Program-made: the position numbers and the translations under genes
In this document: positions 9,621 to 18,249 of the stretch, piece by piece
How the letters are laid out: each line of letters starts with the position of its first letter
Numbering within the stretch: the first letter of the stretch is position 1
Notes under the pieces: generated by a model
Told to the model about the DNA's origin: nothing
Seen by the model: only the letters and a program-made list of their open reading frames with translations
The model's database searches: none
DNA from: an uncultured Sutterella sp.
Lineage (GTDB): Bacteria; Pseudomonadota; Gammaproteobacteria; Burkholderiales; Burkholderiaceae_F
Assembly (NCBI GenBank): GCA_900545335.1
Contig: UQYP01000001.1
Location: 77,775-141,774, forward strand
Reading direction: 5' to 3'
DNA: 64,000 nucleotides

Positions 9621-11696
9621 ATGACTAACATGACAAAAAGTCTCTCTTTTAAGAAAAGCTATCTTGCTTTAGCTGTGGCACTTTCTCTTCCGTTAATCAG
9701 CGCTCAGGCTGCCGAAAGTTACAAAGCTCAGGACGTGGTTGTGACCGCATCGCGCGTTGAACAGCAGCTTGCCGATGTCAATATGAGCGTATCCGTTATT
9801 ACGAGAGAGGATATTGAACACAGTGCCGGCGCACAAACTATTGCTGATTTATTGGAAAGTAATGTTCCCGGCATTCGCGTCAACAATGACGGCGGACAAG
9901 GTATCGATCGCATCAAAATTCGAGGAGAAGATGCTTTCAGAACAGTGGTCATGGTGGACGGGCAAAGAATTTCAGAACAAAAATCTATGTCCGGCGTGCC
10001 GCTTCTCATTGATCCCTCTCAAGTGGAAAGAATTGAAGTCATTCGCGGTCCTGCCTCCGTTCTTTACGGATCCGATGCAATTGGCGGAGCTATCAACATC
10101 ATCACCAAGAAAGGTGGGGACAAACCTTTTGAAGCTTCAGTTTCTACGGGTTTTAACTCTTCTTCTGACGGTAAAGATGCTTCCTTCTCAATTTCCGGCT
10201 CCAGTAACGGCTGGAACTACAGATTGGGAGCCGGCATTCAGGATCATGACAATTTAGATACGCCTGTCGGAGAAATGCCGCATACCGAATTCAGTTCAAA
10301 ATCAGCTGATTTTTTCCTCTCTTACGACATCGATCCCAATAAAACCATCGGCATTTCTGCCAGCCATTATGACTTAGACTTTTCCTCAGGAAGCATCACC
10401 TACGCCAATCCTGATGACTTTTGGGTTGAAGTTCCCGAATGGAAAAGAACTCGGGGATCGATTTTCGGAGAATTTAAAAACCTAACGGATAATCTCGTCA
10501 GATTACGTATTGATGTCGGGCATGAACAAAATAAAAAACTGATGACCAATCACGTTGCAGATGTCTTTTATCCCAATCCTTCTATGCCTATCGGCATTCC
10601 CTATTATGTGGAAAACAACGCCGATAACAAACTCAACACAACCAGTGCATCTGTACAAGCCGATTGGCAAATTGCAGACAGTCACTACTTGATTACCGGA
10701 TACGAGTTCAGCTTAGACGATCTTGATGCGAACAGCTCAACTTACATGAGCTTAATGAAGCAAATTATGTCCAGCAAAGACTTTGACGGCAAAATGACGC
10801 GTCATTCTGTTTTTGCAACCATGGAAAGCACCGTTTTAGATTCATTGTCATTGAACTACGGGCTTCGCTATACATGGTTTGACAGTGAAATGGACATCAA
10901 AGTCAAAAAGGGGACCAGTCCTGACAGCTCAGACGATGGAAGCGACGGAAAGGTCGTTTTCAATTTGGGAGCCACTTGGAAACCTATTGAAGATTTAGCT
11001 CTGCGCGCAAATTGGTCACAGGGCTATCGCTATCCTCTCCTGCAAGAACTTTATGTCGACACTGCCATGGGAATGAGTGGGGGATCGACTTTGGCCAATC
11101 CCGACCTCAAACCCGAAACTTCCAATAATTTTGAAATCGGTTCTCGCTATACAAACGGTACTTTGACGATTGATGCCGCACTCTTTTACAGTGATGCCGA
11201 CGACTACATCACGACGATTCCCATTACCGATGAAATCTCCCAATATACCAATGTCGGGAAAGCAAAGACCATTGGTTTTGAACTGGATACCGGAATCAAA
11301 ATCGGCAACTTCGAACCGTATACAACACTGACACTTTTAAGACGTGAATACCAGGAAAATGGTATTAAAACTACCAAATCCGGCACTCCTAAGGTAACCG
11401 CTCGCTATGGTGTTCGCTATGACGGACAGTATGAAGGAGCAGAGCTGCGGGCAGACATTTATGCGATCAGTCAAAGCGCAACAGAAAGCCATGATATGGT
11501 TGCTGAAAAGCCCACAATTACAAGCTACGGCGGTGCAACAACCTTTAATATTGCCGGCGGCGTTTCTTTCGGTCCGCAAAATGCGTATAGCTTAGATGCT
11601 GGCTTTTATAACATTACCGACAAGAAATACCAGAATAACGGTTCGATCTATGAACCCGGCAGACACTTCGCCGTGAAGTTGAATGCTAAGTTTTAA
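9621..11696 (+). CDS. TonB-dependent outer-membrane receptor, putative heme/hemoprotein receptor
   Basis: It has a signal peptide, the TonB box DVVVTAS, a plug domain and a 22-strand barrel, and the characteristic C-terminal aromatic residue (…KLNAKF). YRYP…NPDL motifs sit in the position of the FRAP/NPNL heme-receptor motifs. The Fur-regulated context supports an iron-related substrate. Confidence 0.8.
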   Translation: MTNMTKSLSFKKSYLALAVALSLPLISAQAAESYKAQDVVVTASRVEQQLADVNMSVSVITREDIEHSAGAQTIADLLESNVPGIRVNNDGGQGIDRIKIRGEDAFRTVVMVDGQRISEQKSMSGVPLLIDPSQVERIEVIRGPASVLYGSDAIGGAINIITKKGGDKPFEASVSTGFNSSSDGKDASFSISGSSNGWNYRLGAGIQDHDNLDTPVGEMPHTEFSSKSADFFLSYDIDPNKTIGISASHYDLDFSSGSITYANPDDFWVEVPEWKRTRGSIFGEFKNLTDNLVRLRIDVGHEQNKKLMTNHVADVFYPNPSMPIGIPYYVENNADNKLNTTSASVQADWQIADSHYLITGYEFSLDDLDANSSTYMSLMKQIMSSKDFDGKMTRHSVFATMESTVLDSLSLNYGLRYTWFDSEMDIKVKKGTSPDSSDDGSDGKVVFNLGATWKPIEDLALRANWSQGYRYPLLQELYVDTAMGMSGGSTLANPDLKPETSNNFEIGSRYTNGTLTIDAALFYSDADDYITTIPITDEISQYTNVGKAKTIGFELDTGIKIGNFEPYTTLTLLRREYQENGIKTTKSGTPKVTARYGVRYDGQYEGAELRADIYAISQSATESHDMVAEKPTITSYGGATTFNIAGGVSFGPQNAYSLDAGFYNITDKKYQNNGSIYEPGRHFAVKLNAKF

Positions 11697-11708
11697 AGCC
11701 TCTGACGA

Positions 11709-12260
11709 GTGATGAAAATGACCGTTAAAACGGCCTATTGGAAATCGCAAGAACTCGTCATGATCGGTGTTTTTGCTGCTGCCATTAAGCTGTCCTCTCT
11801 CCTGATAGCTTTAGCTGGCGGCGGCATGAACCCGGTCACGCTTATACTTAAAAATCTTGTATTCACTACGTTGTTGATTGTGCTTTTGGCAAAAGTCAGA
11901 AAAAGCGGAACGCTTTTGCTCTTTACAGCTGTATCAATGATCGTGAGCGTGCTTTTGATGGGTGGAAGCATCACGTTGCTGCCCGCCGCACTGGTCGGCG
12001 CTTTGGCAGCAGAATTCGCTATTTGGCTCACAGGGGGCTTTAAAAATTCTTGGTCAACATACGTGGGCGTTGCCGTCTACGACCTCGGTACTAAACTCTT
12101 TTCTGTCGCCGTCTCCTATCTCATGATGCGGGAAACGCCGGCACTGGTTGTCTCTGTACTGCCCATTATTTTTATCGGTTACACAGGGTGCCTCCTTGGC
12201 CTTTTCACAGGCTTTCGGGCATTAAAAGAACTGCGGCACGCCGGCATCGTCAGGAGCTAA
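11709..12260 (+). CDS. Small polytopic membrane protein, putative ECF-transporter substrate-capture (S) component
   Basis: The 183-aa product is very hydrophobic, with about 5-6 predicted TM helices. It lies immediately upstream of the EcfT and EcfA-A' genes. I could not assign a specific S-component family by eye. Confidence 0.5.
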   Translation: MMKMTVKTAYWKSQELVMIGVFAAAIKLSSLLIALAGGGMNPVTLILKNLVFTTLLIVLLAKVRKSGTLLLFTAVSMIVSVLLMGGSITLLPAALVGALAAEFAIWLTGGFKNSWSTYVGVAVYDLGTKLFSVAVSYLMMRETPALVVSVLPIIFIGYTGCLLGLFTGFRALKELRHAGIVRS

Positions 12261-12262
12261 TC

Positions 12263-13036
12263 ATGAATCATTCAATCCTGACGCAAATCGAAGCGCGTAC
12301 TAAGTTACTGCTCACTCTTTTGGGTGCTATCTCAACAATCGCCTACTCCAGTCTGGCGGCTCAACTGATACTTTTTGCGTTGAGTTTTTTAATGGCCTTG
12401 CTGATTAAGCGCCCGACTTTAGTTTTTGTTTTGTATCTGCTCATGGCTTTGATGATGGGATTGGCGATCGGCTGCACAGCTGTCATCACATTTTTTATCC
12501 CTGCTCTCGGAGAGATGACGGTGCAAAACCTGCTCATACCCTTTTTACGCGGTCTGACCATGATGAACCTGGTCATGGGGCTGGCGCTTTCCACCAAAAT
12601 CGAAAACATTATGGCAGCACTTTCTCAACTGCATCTGCCGTTCGTCATTACGTTACCCTCTACGGTCATGATCCGTTTTATCCCCACCTTTGCCCATGAT
12701 ATTGCTCAGGTTTGGGAGACGCTCAAAATCAGAGGTTGGCAGTTGAATTTCACAATGCTTTGTACCCATCCGTTTTTGTGTGCAAGGCTCATTTTCACGC
12801 CCATATTGTTCCGAGCGCTCAAAAGCAGTGAAGCCCTCGGGGTGGCAGCGGAATTAAAAGGACTGGACAAAGGGTTGGGTAACCGCGCAAGCCGTGCCTT
12901 TTCTTCGGAAGAAAAGCTCTCCAACCGTGATTGGCTTACTTTGGCTACGGGAGTCTTTACTGTACTTCTCGCCCTGGCAGCTGAAATTTATCTGGGCGAT
13001 TGGGGCATTGACCCGAACACAGTCCGTTTGCCTTGA
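12263..13036 (+). CDS. ECF transporter transmembrane (T) component, EcfT/CbiQ family
   Basis: The membrane protein is 258 aa. The C-terminal region (…RALKSSEALGVAAELKGLD) resembles the EcfT coupling-helix AxxxARG-type motifs. Its start is 2 nt after the S-component stop, with a CAGGAG Shine-Dalgarno sequence. Confidence 0.6.
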   Translation: MNHSILTQIEARTKLLLTLLGAISTIAYSSLAAQLILFALSFLMALLIKRPTLVFVLYLLMALMMGLAIGCTAVITFFIPALGEMTVQNLLIPFLRGLTMMNLVMGLALSTKIENIMAALSQLHLPFVITLPSTVMIRFIPTFAHDIAQVWETLKIRGWQLNFTMLCTHPFLCARLIFTPILFRALKSSEALGVAAELKGLDKGLGNRASRAFSSEEKLSNRDWLTLATGVFTVLLALAAEIYLGDWGIDPNTVRLP

Positions 13037-13052
13037 TAGTGGGGAAGAAATC

Positions 13053-14546
13053 ATGATTGTTTTTGAAAATGTTTCCTACCGCTACCCGTTTCAAAACGAC
13101 TGGGCTGTCCGGAATTTAAATCTGACGGTTTCTCCGGGCGAAGTTGTACTGGTTACCGGTGTATCAAGCTGCGGAAAAACGACACTGATGCGATTAGCCA
13201 ACGGCCTTTGCCCACACTACTATGCGGGCGAAATGAAAGGACACGTCCGAGTTTTCGGTAAAGATACTGAGCAATCCTCTGTATCGGATATTTCCGATAA
13301 AGTCGGCACCCTCTTTCAAGACCCGGAAGATCAATTCTTCGCGCTCAATGTACGAGATGAAATGGGGTTTGCACTCAAAGTGGCCGGAACCGATCCCGCT
13401 ACCGTTAGAAAACGCATCAATAACGTGGCCGGTCGATTGCATATTAAAGACCTTTTGACTCATTCGATTTCTGCACTCTCAGAGGGGCAAAAACAGCGTG
13501 TAGCGCTCGGTGAAATTCTTGTCTCTGAACCGCAAGCTCTCATCCTGGACGAGCCGTCGGCTAACTTGGATCCGGAAGCTACCGACCGGCTCGCCCGGGA
13601 AATCAAGAGACTCAAACAATCGGGGTTTGCGATCCTCGTGGTCGACCATCGGCTGCATTGGCTCGAGAGCGTTGCCGACGAAGTGATCGTGATGCAACAG
13701 GGCCAAATAGTTAAAAGAGGTCGATTTGAGATTCTTGAAAATCAAACGTTGCGTGATGAGTACGGCCTTCGTAAAGCCCATGTACCCGATGTTCGGGAAA
13801 GGCTACCGCAAACCGATCCGGAAAATCCCATTTTGATGACGGCCGATCTGACCTTTGATTATGAACGAGCCAATCGTCATTCCAAATTGGCAAAGTTAAA
13901 ACAGCTTTTTAAAGGGGTATCGACCGAGCATAAAGAGCTTTTACTCAAAAATATTCATTTCAAAATCGGTCCCGGCATCACGGCGCTGATCGGCGAAAAC
14001 GGCAGCGGGAAAACCACCTTGGCCCGACTCATCACCGGACTGAATATCGGCAGCGGCGAACTCTATCTAAAGGGAGAAAAAACCTCTGCCGCAACGCTTC
14101 TTAAACACACAGGACTGGTACTTCAAAATGCTGATCATCAACTGCAGATGAGAAGTGTCAGGGAAGAAATTTCCGCCTGCCTTTTTGCTGCACGACGTAC
14201 TCAGCAAACGGACGAAATCGTTAATGAATTACTGGAGACGTTTTCTCTCAAAGAGCTCGCAGACCGCCATCCTCAATCTCTTTCCGGCGGTCAAAAACAG
14301 CGCCTGGTCATTGCGTGTGCTTTGGCTAAGAACCCCGACATTCTCATTTTGGATGAACCCACCAGCGGTTTAGACGGCGCCAATATGAAGCGCGTTGCCG
14401 ATGCACTTCGAGAGCAGGCTAACAAAGGAAAAGCCGTCTTACTGATTACCCACGACCTGGAACTTCTTGCCTTATGCGCCGATCAGGCTCTCCGAATGAA
14501 TTCACTAAAAAAAGAATTTTTAAATACGGAGAATAACAATGGATAA
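13053..14546 (+). CDS. Fused duplicated ABC ATPase (EcfA-EcfA'-like) of an ECF/CbiO-type transporter
   Basis: It has two complete ABC domains. Walker A motifs are GVSSCGKTT and GENGSGKTT, signature motifs are LSEGQKQRV and LSGGQKQRL, and each domain has a Walker B LILDEP. There is no transmembrane region. A GGGGAAG Shine-Dalgarno sequence precedes the ATG at 13053. Confidence 0.8.
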   Translation: MIVFENVSYRYPFQNDWAVRNLNLTVSPGEVVLVTGVSSCGKTTLMRLANGLCPHYYAGEMKGHVRVFGKDTEQSSVSDISDKVGTLFQDPEDQFFALNVRDEMGFALKVAGTDPATVRKRINNVAGRLHIKDLLTHSISALSEGQKQRVALGEILVSEPQALILDEPSANLDPEATDRLAREIKRLKQSGFAILVVDHRLHWLESVADEVIVMQQGQIVKRGRFEILENQTLRDEYGLRKAHVPDVRERLPQTDPENPILMTADLTFDYERANRHSKLAKLKQLFKGVSTEHKELLLKNIHFKIGPGITALIGENGSGKTTLARLITGLNIGSGELYLKGEKTSAATLLKHTGLVLQNADHQLQMRSVREEISACLFAARRTQQTDEIVNELLETFSLKELADRHPQSLSGGQKQRLVIACALAKNPDILILDEPTSGLDGANMKRVADALREQANKGKAVLLITHDLELLALCADQALRMNSLKKEFLNTENNNG

Positions 14547-14979
14547 AAAAGAAAAAATTCAAGAATTAATGAACGCCAAAAAGCCCGTTACCTTGGGATT
14601 AATTGCCAGGGAACTCGGCTGCACGGATCTTGAAGCAGCCCAAGCCCTGCCCGCTGACGTTTGTTCATTCATCAAGGATATCGCCTCGTTTGATGAACTG
14701 TGGGCTCAAATGAGCCAATGGGAAAAGGTGACCCTTTTCATCATCCATGAAGGTCATGTTTTTGAAATTCAATCCAAACTCAGTGCCGGTAAACGTGCAA
14801 TGGGTTACTACAACATTTTGTCCAAAGACGCCGTAATCGGCGGTCATCGGATGCTTTGGAAACCGCAGCCTTCATTTCGATGCCGTTTATGGGACGGGAA
14901 TCTCATTACGTGGCCTTCTTCGGAAAAAATCAAAAACTGCACTTTTGCGTTTACGTCGGTCGAGAAAATCATCAATTGA
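14539..14979 (+). CDS. hutX: HutX/ChuX-family cytoplasmic heme-utilisation/heme-carrier protein (putative)
   Basis: In the 146-aa product, the conserved blocks FDELW…EKVTLFIIHEGHVFEI…GKRAMGYYNIL…IGGHRM parallel the ChuX/HutX pattern (…TLVHT.DVILEF…HGYFNL.GK…SGHI). It overlaps the ecfA stop by 8 nt. Confidence 0.55.
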   Translation: MDKKEKIQELMNAKKPVTLGLIARELGCTDLEAAQALPADVCSFIKDIASFDELWAQMSQWEKVTLFIIHEGHVFEIQSKLSAGKRAMGYYNILSKDAVIGGHRMLWKPQPSFRCRLWDGNLITWPSSEKIKNCTFAFTSVEKIIN

Positions 14980-15047
14980 TTGAATCGGTTAAAGAAGGTT
15001 TTCAAAAAGCCAAAGCTCAATTTTGTCAATAAAAAAGAGGGTTCCAG

Positions 15048-15557
15048 ATGTCTGCTTTAATCATTATCAGCTCTATTACGGGAAACACTTGGAAAGTCGG
15101 TGAGGCGCTGAATCGGGTCTATCCGACAACTTCTCTTAAACGCACCACAGATGTACTCAAATGCACAGAGCTTCTTGACCAACACAATAAAGTGATCATC
15201 GGATTTTGGTGTGACAAAGGAGGCCTGCCGCCCGATCTGGTCCAATTGGTACCTTATATTCGCAATAAATCTCTGGGGATTTTTGCCACCATGGGCGGCA
15301 ATCCTCAAAGCGATCGAGCTCAAGAGTGGTTCAGACGCCAGTGTGACGCAGTTGTCGGCACAGAGCGCAGCAACTGTCTTGAAGCCACATTCCTGTGTCA
15401 GGGCAAAATCAATCCGGTTTTAATTGAACAAATGAAAAAAATGCCGGGCTACAAGGAAACACCCGAATCCGTTGCCCGTCGAGGGGAAGCCACAAAACAC
15501 CCCAATGAAGATGATTACAAGGCCGCTTGCAACGCCTTCCGTGCCTTTTTAGCTTAA
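15048..15557 (+). CDS. Short-chain flavodoxin
   Basis: The N-terminal FMN phosphate-binding loop ISSITGNTWKV is present. The product is 169 aa. Confidence 0.7.
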   Translation: MSALIIISSITGNTWKVGEALNRVYPTTSLKRTTDVLKCTELLDQHNKVIIGFWCDKGGLPPDLVQLVPYIRNKSLGIFATMGGNPQSDRAQEWFRRQCDAVVGTERSNCLEATFLCQGKINPVLIEQMKKMPGYKETPESVARRGEATKHPNEDDYKAACNAFRAFLA

Positions 15558-15568
15558 GAGTTTGAACC

Positions 15569-16216
15569 ATGGAAAATTTACAGTCTCTGTACACATTAGT
15601 CGGACCGGCCGGTGTAGCACTGATTTTTGTTGCTCTATACGCTTTATACGTTTCGGTTTGGCTTATCACCTATCTAAACCGGGTATGGAAAAATTTTCGT
15701 CGTGACTTTTTGGATCTGGAAAGCGGAAAAGAGCGCTGTTTAAAAGATATCAATCCGGATACGGCCAATCCGCTTATTCGCATTATTTACGATATTGTTG
15801 CCACGCACGCCTCTCACTCCGATGACATTCGCGCCGAGGTTGCTTACCTTTTCCACAGAAACTTCAAGCGAGTCAGCAACGGTCTGGTTTGGCTCAAGCT
15901 GATCAGTGTCATCTCTCCTTTGCTTGGTCTGCTCGGAACCGTTTTCGGCATGGTAGAAGTCTTTAAAACGCTCTCTTTTACCGAAGTACCTTCCACAGAA
16001 TTATTGGCTGCAGGAATTTGGCAGGCCCTGATTACCACCGTAATGGGTCTTTGCATTGCTATTCCTGTCTTGATGGTTTACTACGGATTGATGCTCAAAT
16101 TCCGCGGTTTTCATATTGAAGCAGTGGAACACAGCTACCGTGCTCTGGAGATTATGAATCGCATTCGAGCTAAAAATAACCCTCACGCAATCAATGATGA
16201 AGAGGAGAAAGAATAA
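15569..16216 (+). CDS. exbB: ExbB/TolQ/MotA-family proton channel, ExbB
   Basis: It has a three-TM topology and conserved C-terminal TM helices (LISVISPLLGLLGTVFGMVEVF…GIWQALITTVMGLCIAIP). It is followed by exbD and tonB. Confidence 0.85.
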   Translation: MENLQSLYTLVGPAGVALIFVALYALYVSVWLITYLNRVWKNFRRDFLDLESGKERCLKDINPDTANPLIRIIYDIVATHASHSDDIRAEVAYLFHRNFKRVSNGLVWLKLISVISPLLGLLGTVFGMVEVFKTLSFTEVPSTELLAAGIWQALITTVMGLCIAIPVLMVYYGLMLKFRGFHIEAVEHSYRALEIMNRIRAKNNPHAINDEEEKE

Positions 16217-16620
16217 TGAGTATTTTCGTCCCTCCCGGTTTATCTCCCATAGATGATGATCCGCAAATCGATTTGACGCCTCTCATCGATTGTCTGTTCA
16301 TGCTGATTATTTTCTTTGTAGTCACGATGAGTTTTTCCAAACCGGTGTTGGAAATTATTCTGCCCGAAAGTGAAACAGCCGAAGTCAAGCGTGCGGACCG
16401 ACAAATCAGTGTAAACGTTCGTGCTGACGGTACCTATTGGATGAATAACCGAACGGTATCCCTGGCAGAGATCGAAGGTGCTCTCATCGCCTCACCAAAT
16501 TCTGTTTTGAATATTCACATGGATGGGAAGGCTTCCTTTGACTCTTTTGTCCCGCTCGTGGATTTAGCCAAAGAAAAAAATGAAGGGCGATTTGTGATCA
16601 GCACACAGGCTAAAAGATGA
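16216..16620 (+). CDS. exbD: ExbD/TolR biopolymer transport protein
   Basis: It carries IDLTPLIDCLFMLIIFFVV, the ExbD N-terminal TM signature. Its start overlaps the exbB stop. Confidence 0.85.
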   Translation: MSIFVPPGLSPIDDDPQIDLTPLIDCLFMLIIFFVVTMSFSKPVLEIILPESETAEVKRADRQISVNVRADGTYWMNNRTVSLAEIEGALIASPNSVLNIHMDGKASFDSFVPLVDLAKEKNEGRFVISTQAKR

Positions 16621-17336
16621 AATCTGTCAAACACATCGCCTATGACGCTCACAAACAAAGCTCAGAAGAGCGACAGGCAAATTTCAGCGCCAAACTTTTA
16701 ACAGGTGTCGTAACGATCACTCTGTTTACTGTGGCCTTTTTGCAATTTTCAGATCCTTTGGCCATGCCTCAAAAGGCGAGCATTGAGCAAAATCCCGTTA
16801 AACCGATCGACAATGTGGCTACTCCTCTTAAAAAGGAACCCCGTTGGGTCATTATGACTATTTCTCCCGGAGCCTGGAAAATCCATTTGGAACAACCGCA
16901 GCCTGTGATTGAAAAAGTCAGAGAAGAAAAACCGATTGAGGTAAAACCCAAAGAAAAACCTAAGCCTGAAAAGAAAAAAACGCAACCTCGGAAAAGCGTT
17001 ACAAAGAGCGTAGGCAGTGCCAAACAAGCGGCTGCCACAACCGGAAGCGGACAAAATACCAACGATATGTCCAATGCTCTGGCGCAAATTGTTCAGGTAA
17101 TCGAAGAACACAAACGTTATCCCAAGCGAGCAAGAGACATCGGCATGGAAGGCTCAACAGTGCTCATCGTCTCCATTGACAGTAACGGCCAGGTGATCGA
17201 TTATCGATTGCGTGACGGAGGAAATGCTCTTTTCAGACGAGCGACCCTATCGGCTGCCCAACACCTTACAGGACTTAAAACACAAATACGCCGAGCGGCC
17301 ACTTTAGAAATTCCCGTTCGCTATGAAATTGACTGA
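16617..17336 (+). CDS. tonB: TonB energy transducer
   Basis: It has an N-terminal anchor, a Pro/Lys/Glu-rich spacer (EEKPIEVKPKEKPKPEKKK) and a C-terminal TonB domain (YPKRARDIGMEGSTVLIVSIDSNGQV). Confidence 0.85.
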   Translation: MKSVKHIAYDAHKQSSEERQANFSAKLLTGVVTITLFTVAFLQFSDPLAMPQKASIEQNPVKPIDNVATPLKKEPRWVIMTISPGAWKIHLEQPQPVIEKVREEKPIEVKPKEKPKPEKKKTQPRKSVTKSVGSAKQAAATTGSGQNTNDMSNALAQIVQVIEEHKRYPKRARDIGMEGSTVLIVSIDSNGQVIDYRLRDGGNALFRRATLSAAQHLTGLKTQIRRAATLEIPVRYEID

Positions 17337-18241
17337 TGGCTATGGATTCTTTCATTCTTGATATCAGAGACCTACACAAAACTTATTCAAACGGATTTCA
17401 AGCCCTTAAAGGCATTTCTCTTCAAATCCGGAAAGGGGCTTTTTTCGGACTTTTAGGGCCGAACGGTGCAGGCAAATCAACCCTAATCAACTCTCTGGTT
17501 GGACTCGTTAAACCCACTCAGGGACAGATTCGTATTGCAGGATTTGATCTCAGCACGCATAAAACTGACGCGCTGATGAATATCGGTGTAGTGGCCCAGG
17601 AAATCCTATGCGACCCCTTTTTAACCGTATATGAAATGCTCTCTTTTCAAAGCGGTTATTACGGGCTCAAACACAATAAGGCTTGGATTGAGGAAATTAT
17701 TGAAAACCTCGGTTTGTCTGACAAAATTCAGACGCCTTGCAGGCTTTTGTCAGGCGGTATGAAAAGAAGGGTTATGGTTGCACAGGCTCTTGTTCACAAA
17801 CCTCCTCTTATCGTACTCGATGAGCCCACGGCAGGTGTAGATGTCCAACTGAGAAATCAGCTCTGGCACTTTATAGAAACATTACATAAAAAAGGACACA
17901 CCATTGTTCTGACCACTCACTATTTGGAAGAAGCCCAGAACCTGTGCTCTGAGATAGCCATCATCAATCAGGGAAAAATCGTCACCAAGGGGAAAACCGA
18001 TGCCTTGCTGTCATCGATGCAACAAAACACTTTGCGGTTTCGTTTAACGAAAGGAGCATTCCCTGCAAGTCTTGCTCCAAGACTGCTTAACCACGAAGCT
18101 CAGTCCTACGTATTGGGTTATACAGACGGCGGTGATTTAACCGATTTGCTGACAGCCTTACGCACAAACCATTGTGAAATTGAGAATGTGCAAACCTCTC
18201 GAGCCTCGTTGGAAGATTTATTTATCAAAGTTACCCAATAA
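17336..18241 (+). CDS. ABC transporter ATP-binding protein (ABC-2 / YadG-like exporter ATPase)
   Basis: Walker A is GPNGAGKST, the signature motif is LSGGMKRRV and Walker B is IVLDEPT. Its ATG overlaps the tonB TGA (ATGA), which suggests translational coupling. Confidence 0.85.
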   Translation: MAMDSFILDIRDLHKTYSNGFQALKGISLQIRKGAFFGLLGPNGAGKSTLINSLVGLVKPTQGQIRIAGFDLSTHKTDALMNIGVVAQEILCDPFLTVYEMLSFQSGYYGLKHNKAWIEEIIENLGLSDKIQTPCRLLSGGMKRRVMVAQALVHKPPLIVLDEPTAGVDVQLRNQLWHFIETLHKKGHTIVLTTHYLEEAQNLCSEIAIINQGKIVTKGKTDALLSSMQQNTLRFRLTKGAFPASLAPRLLNHEAQSYVLGYTDGGDLTDLLTALRTNHCEIENVQTSRASLEDLFIKVTQ

Positions 18242-18249
18242 AATCGAAA

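Noticed and set aside
9621-11696. BtuB/cobalamin receptor interpretation of the TonB-dependent receptor
   Set aside because: There is no cobalamin-riboswitch-like leader. The operon is preceded by a Fur box instead and contains HutW-like and HutX-like genes.
12188-12262. N-terminal extensions of ecfT (start 12188) and ecfA (start 12894) overlapping the upstream genes
   Set aside because: Internal ATG codons at 12263 and 13053 have Shine-Dalgarno sequences and give canonical domain starts. The extensions would overlap the preceding CDS in another frame.
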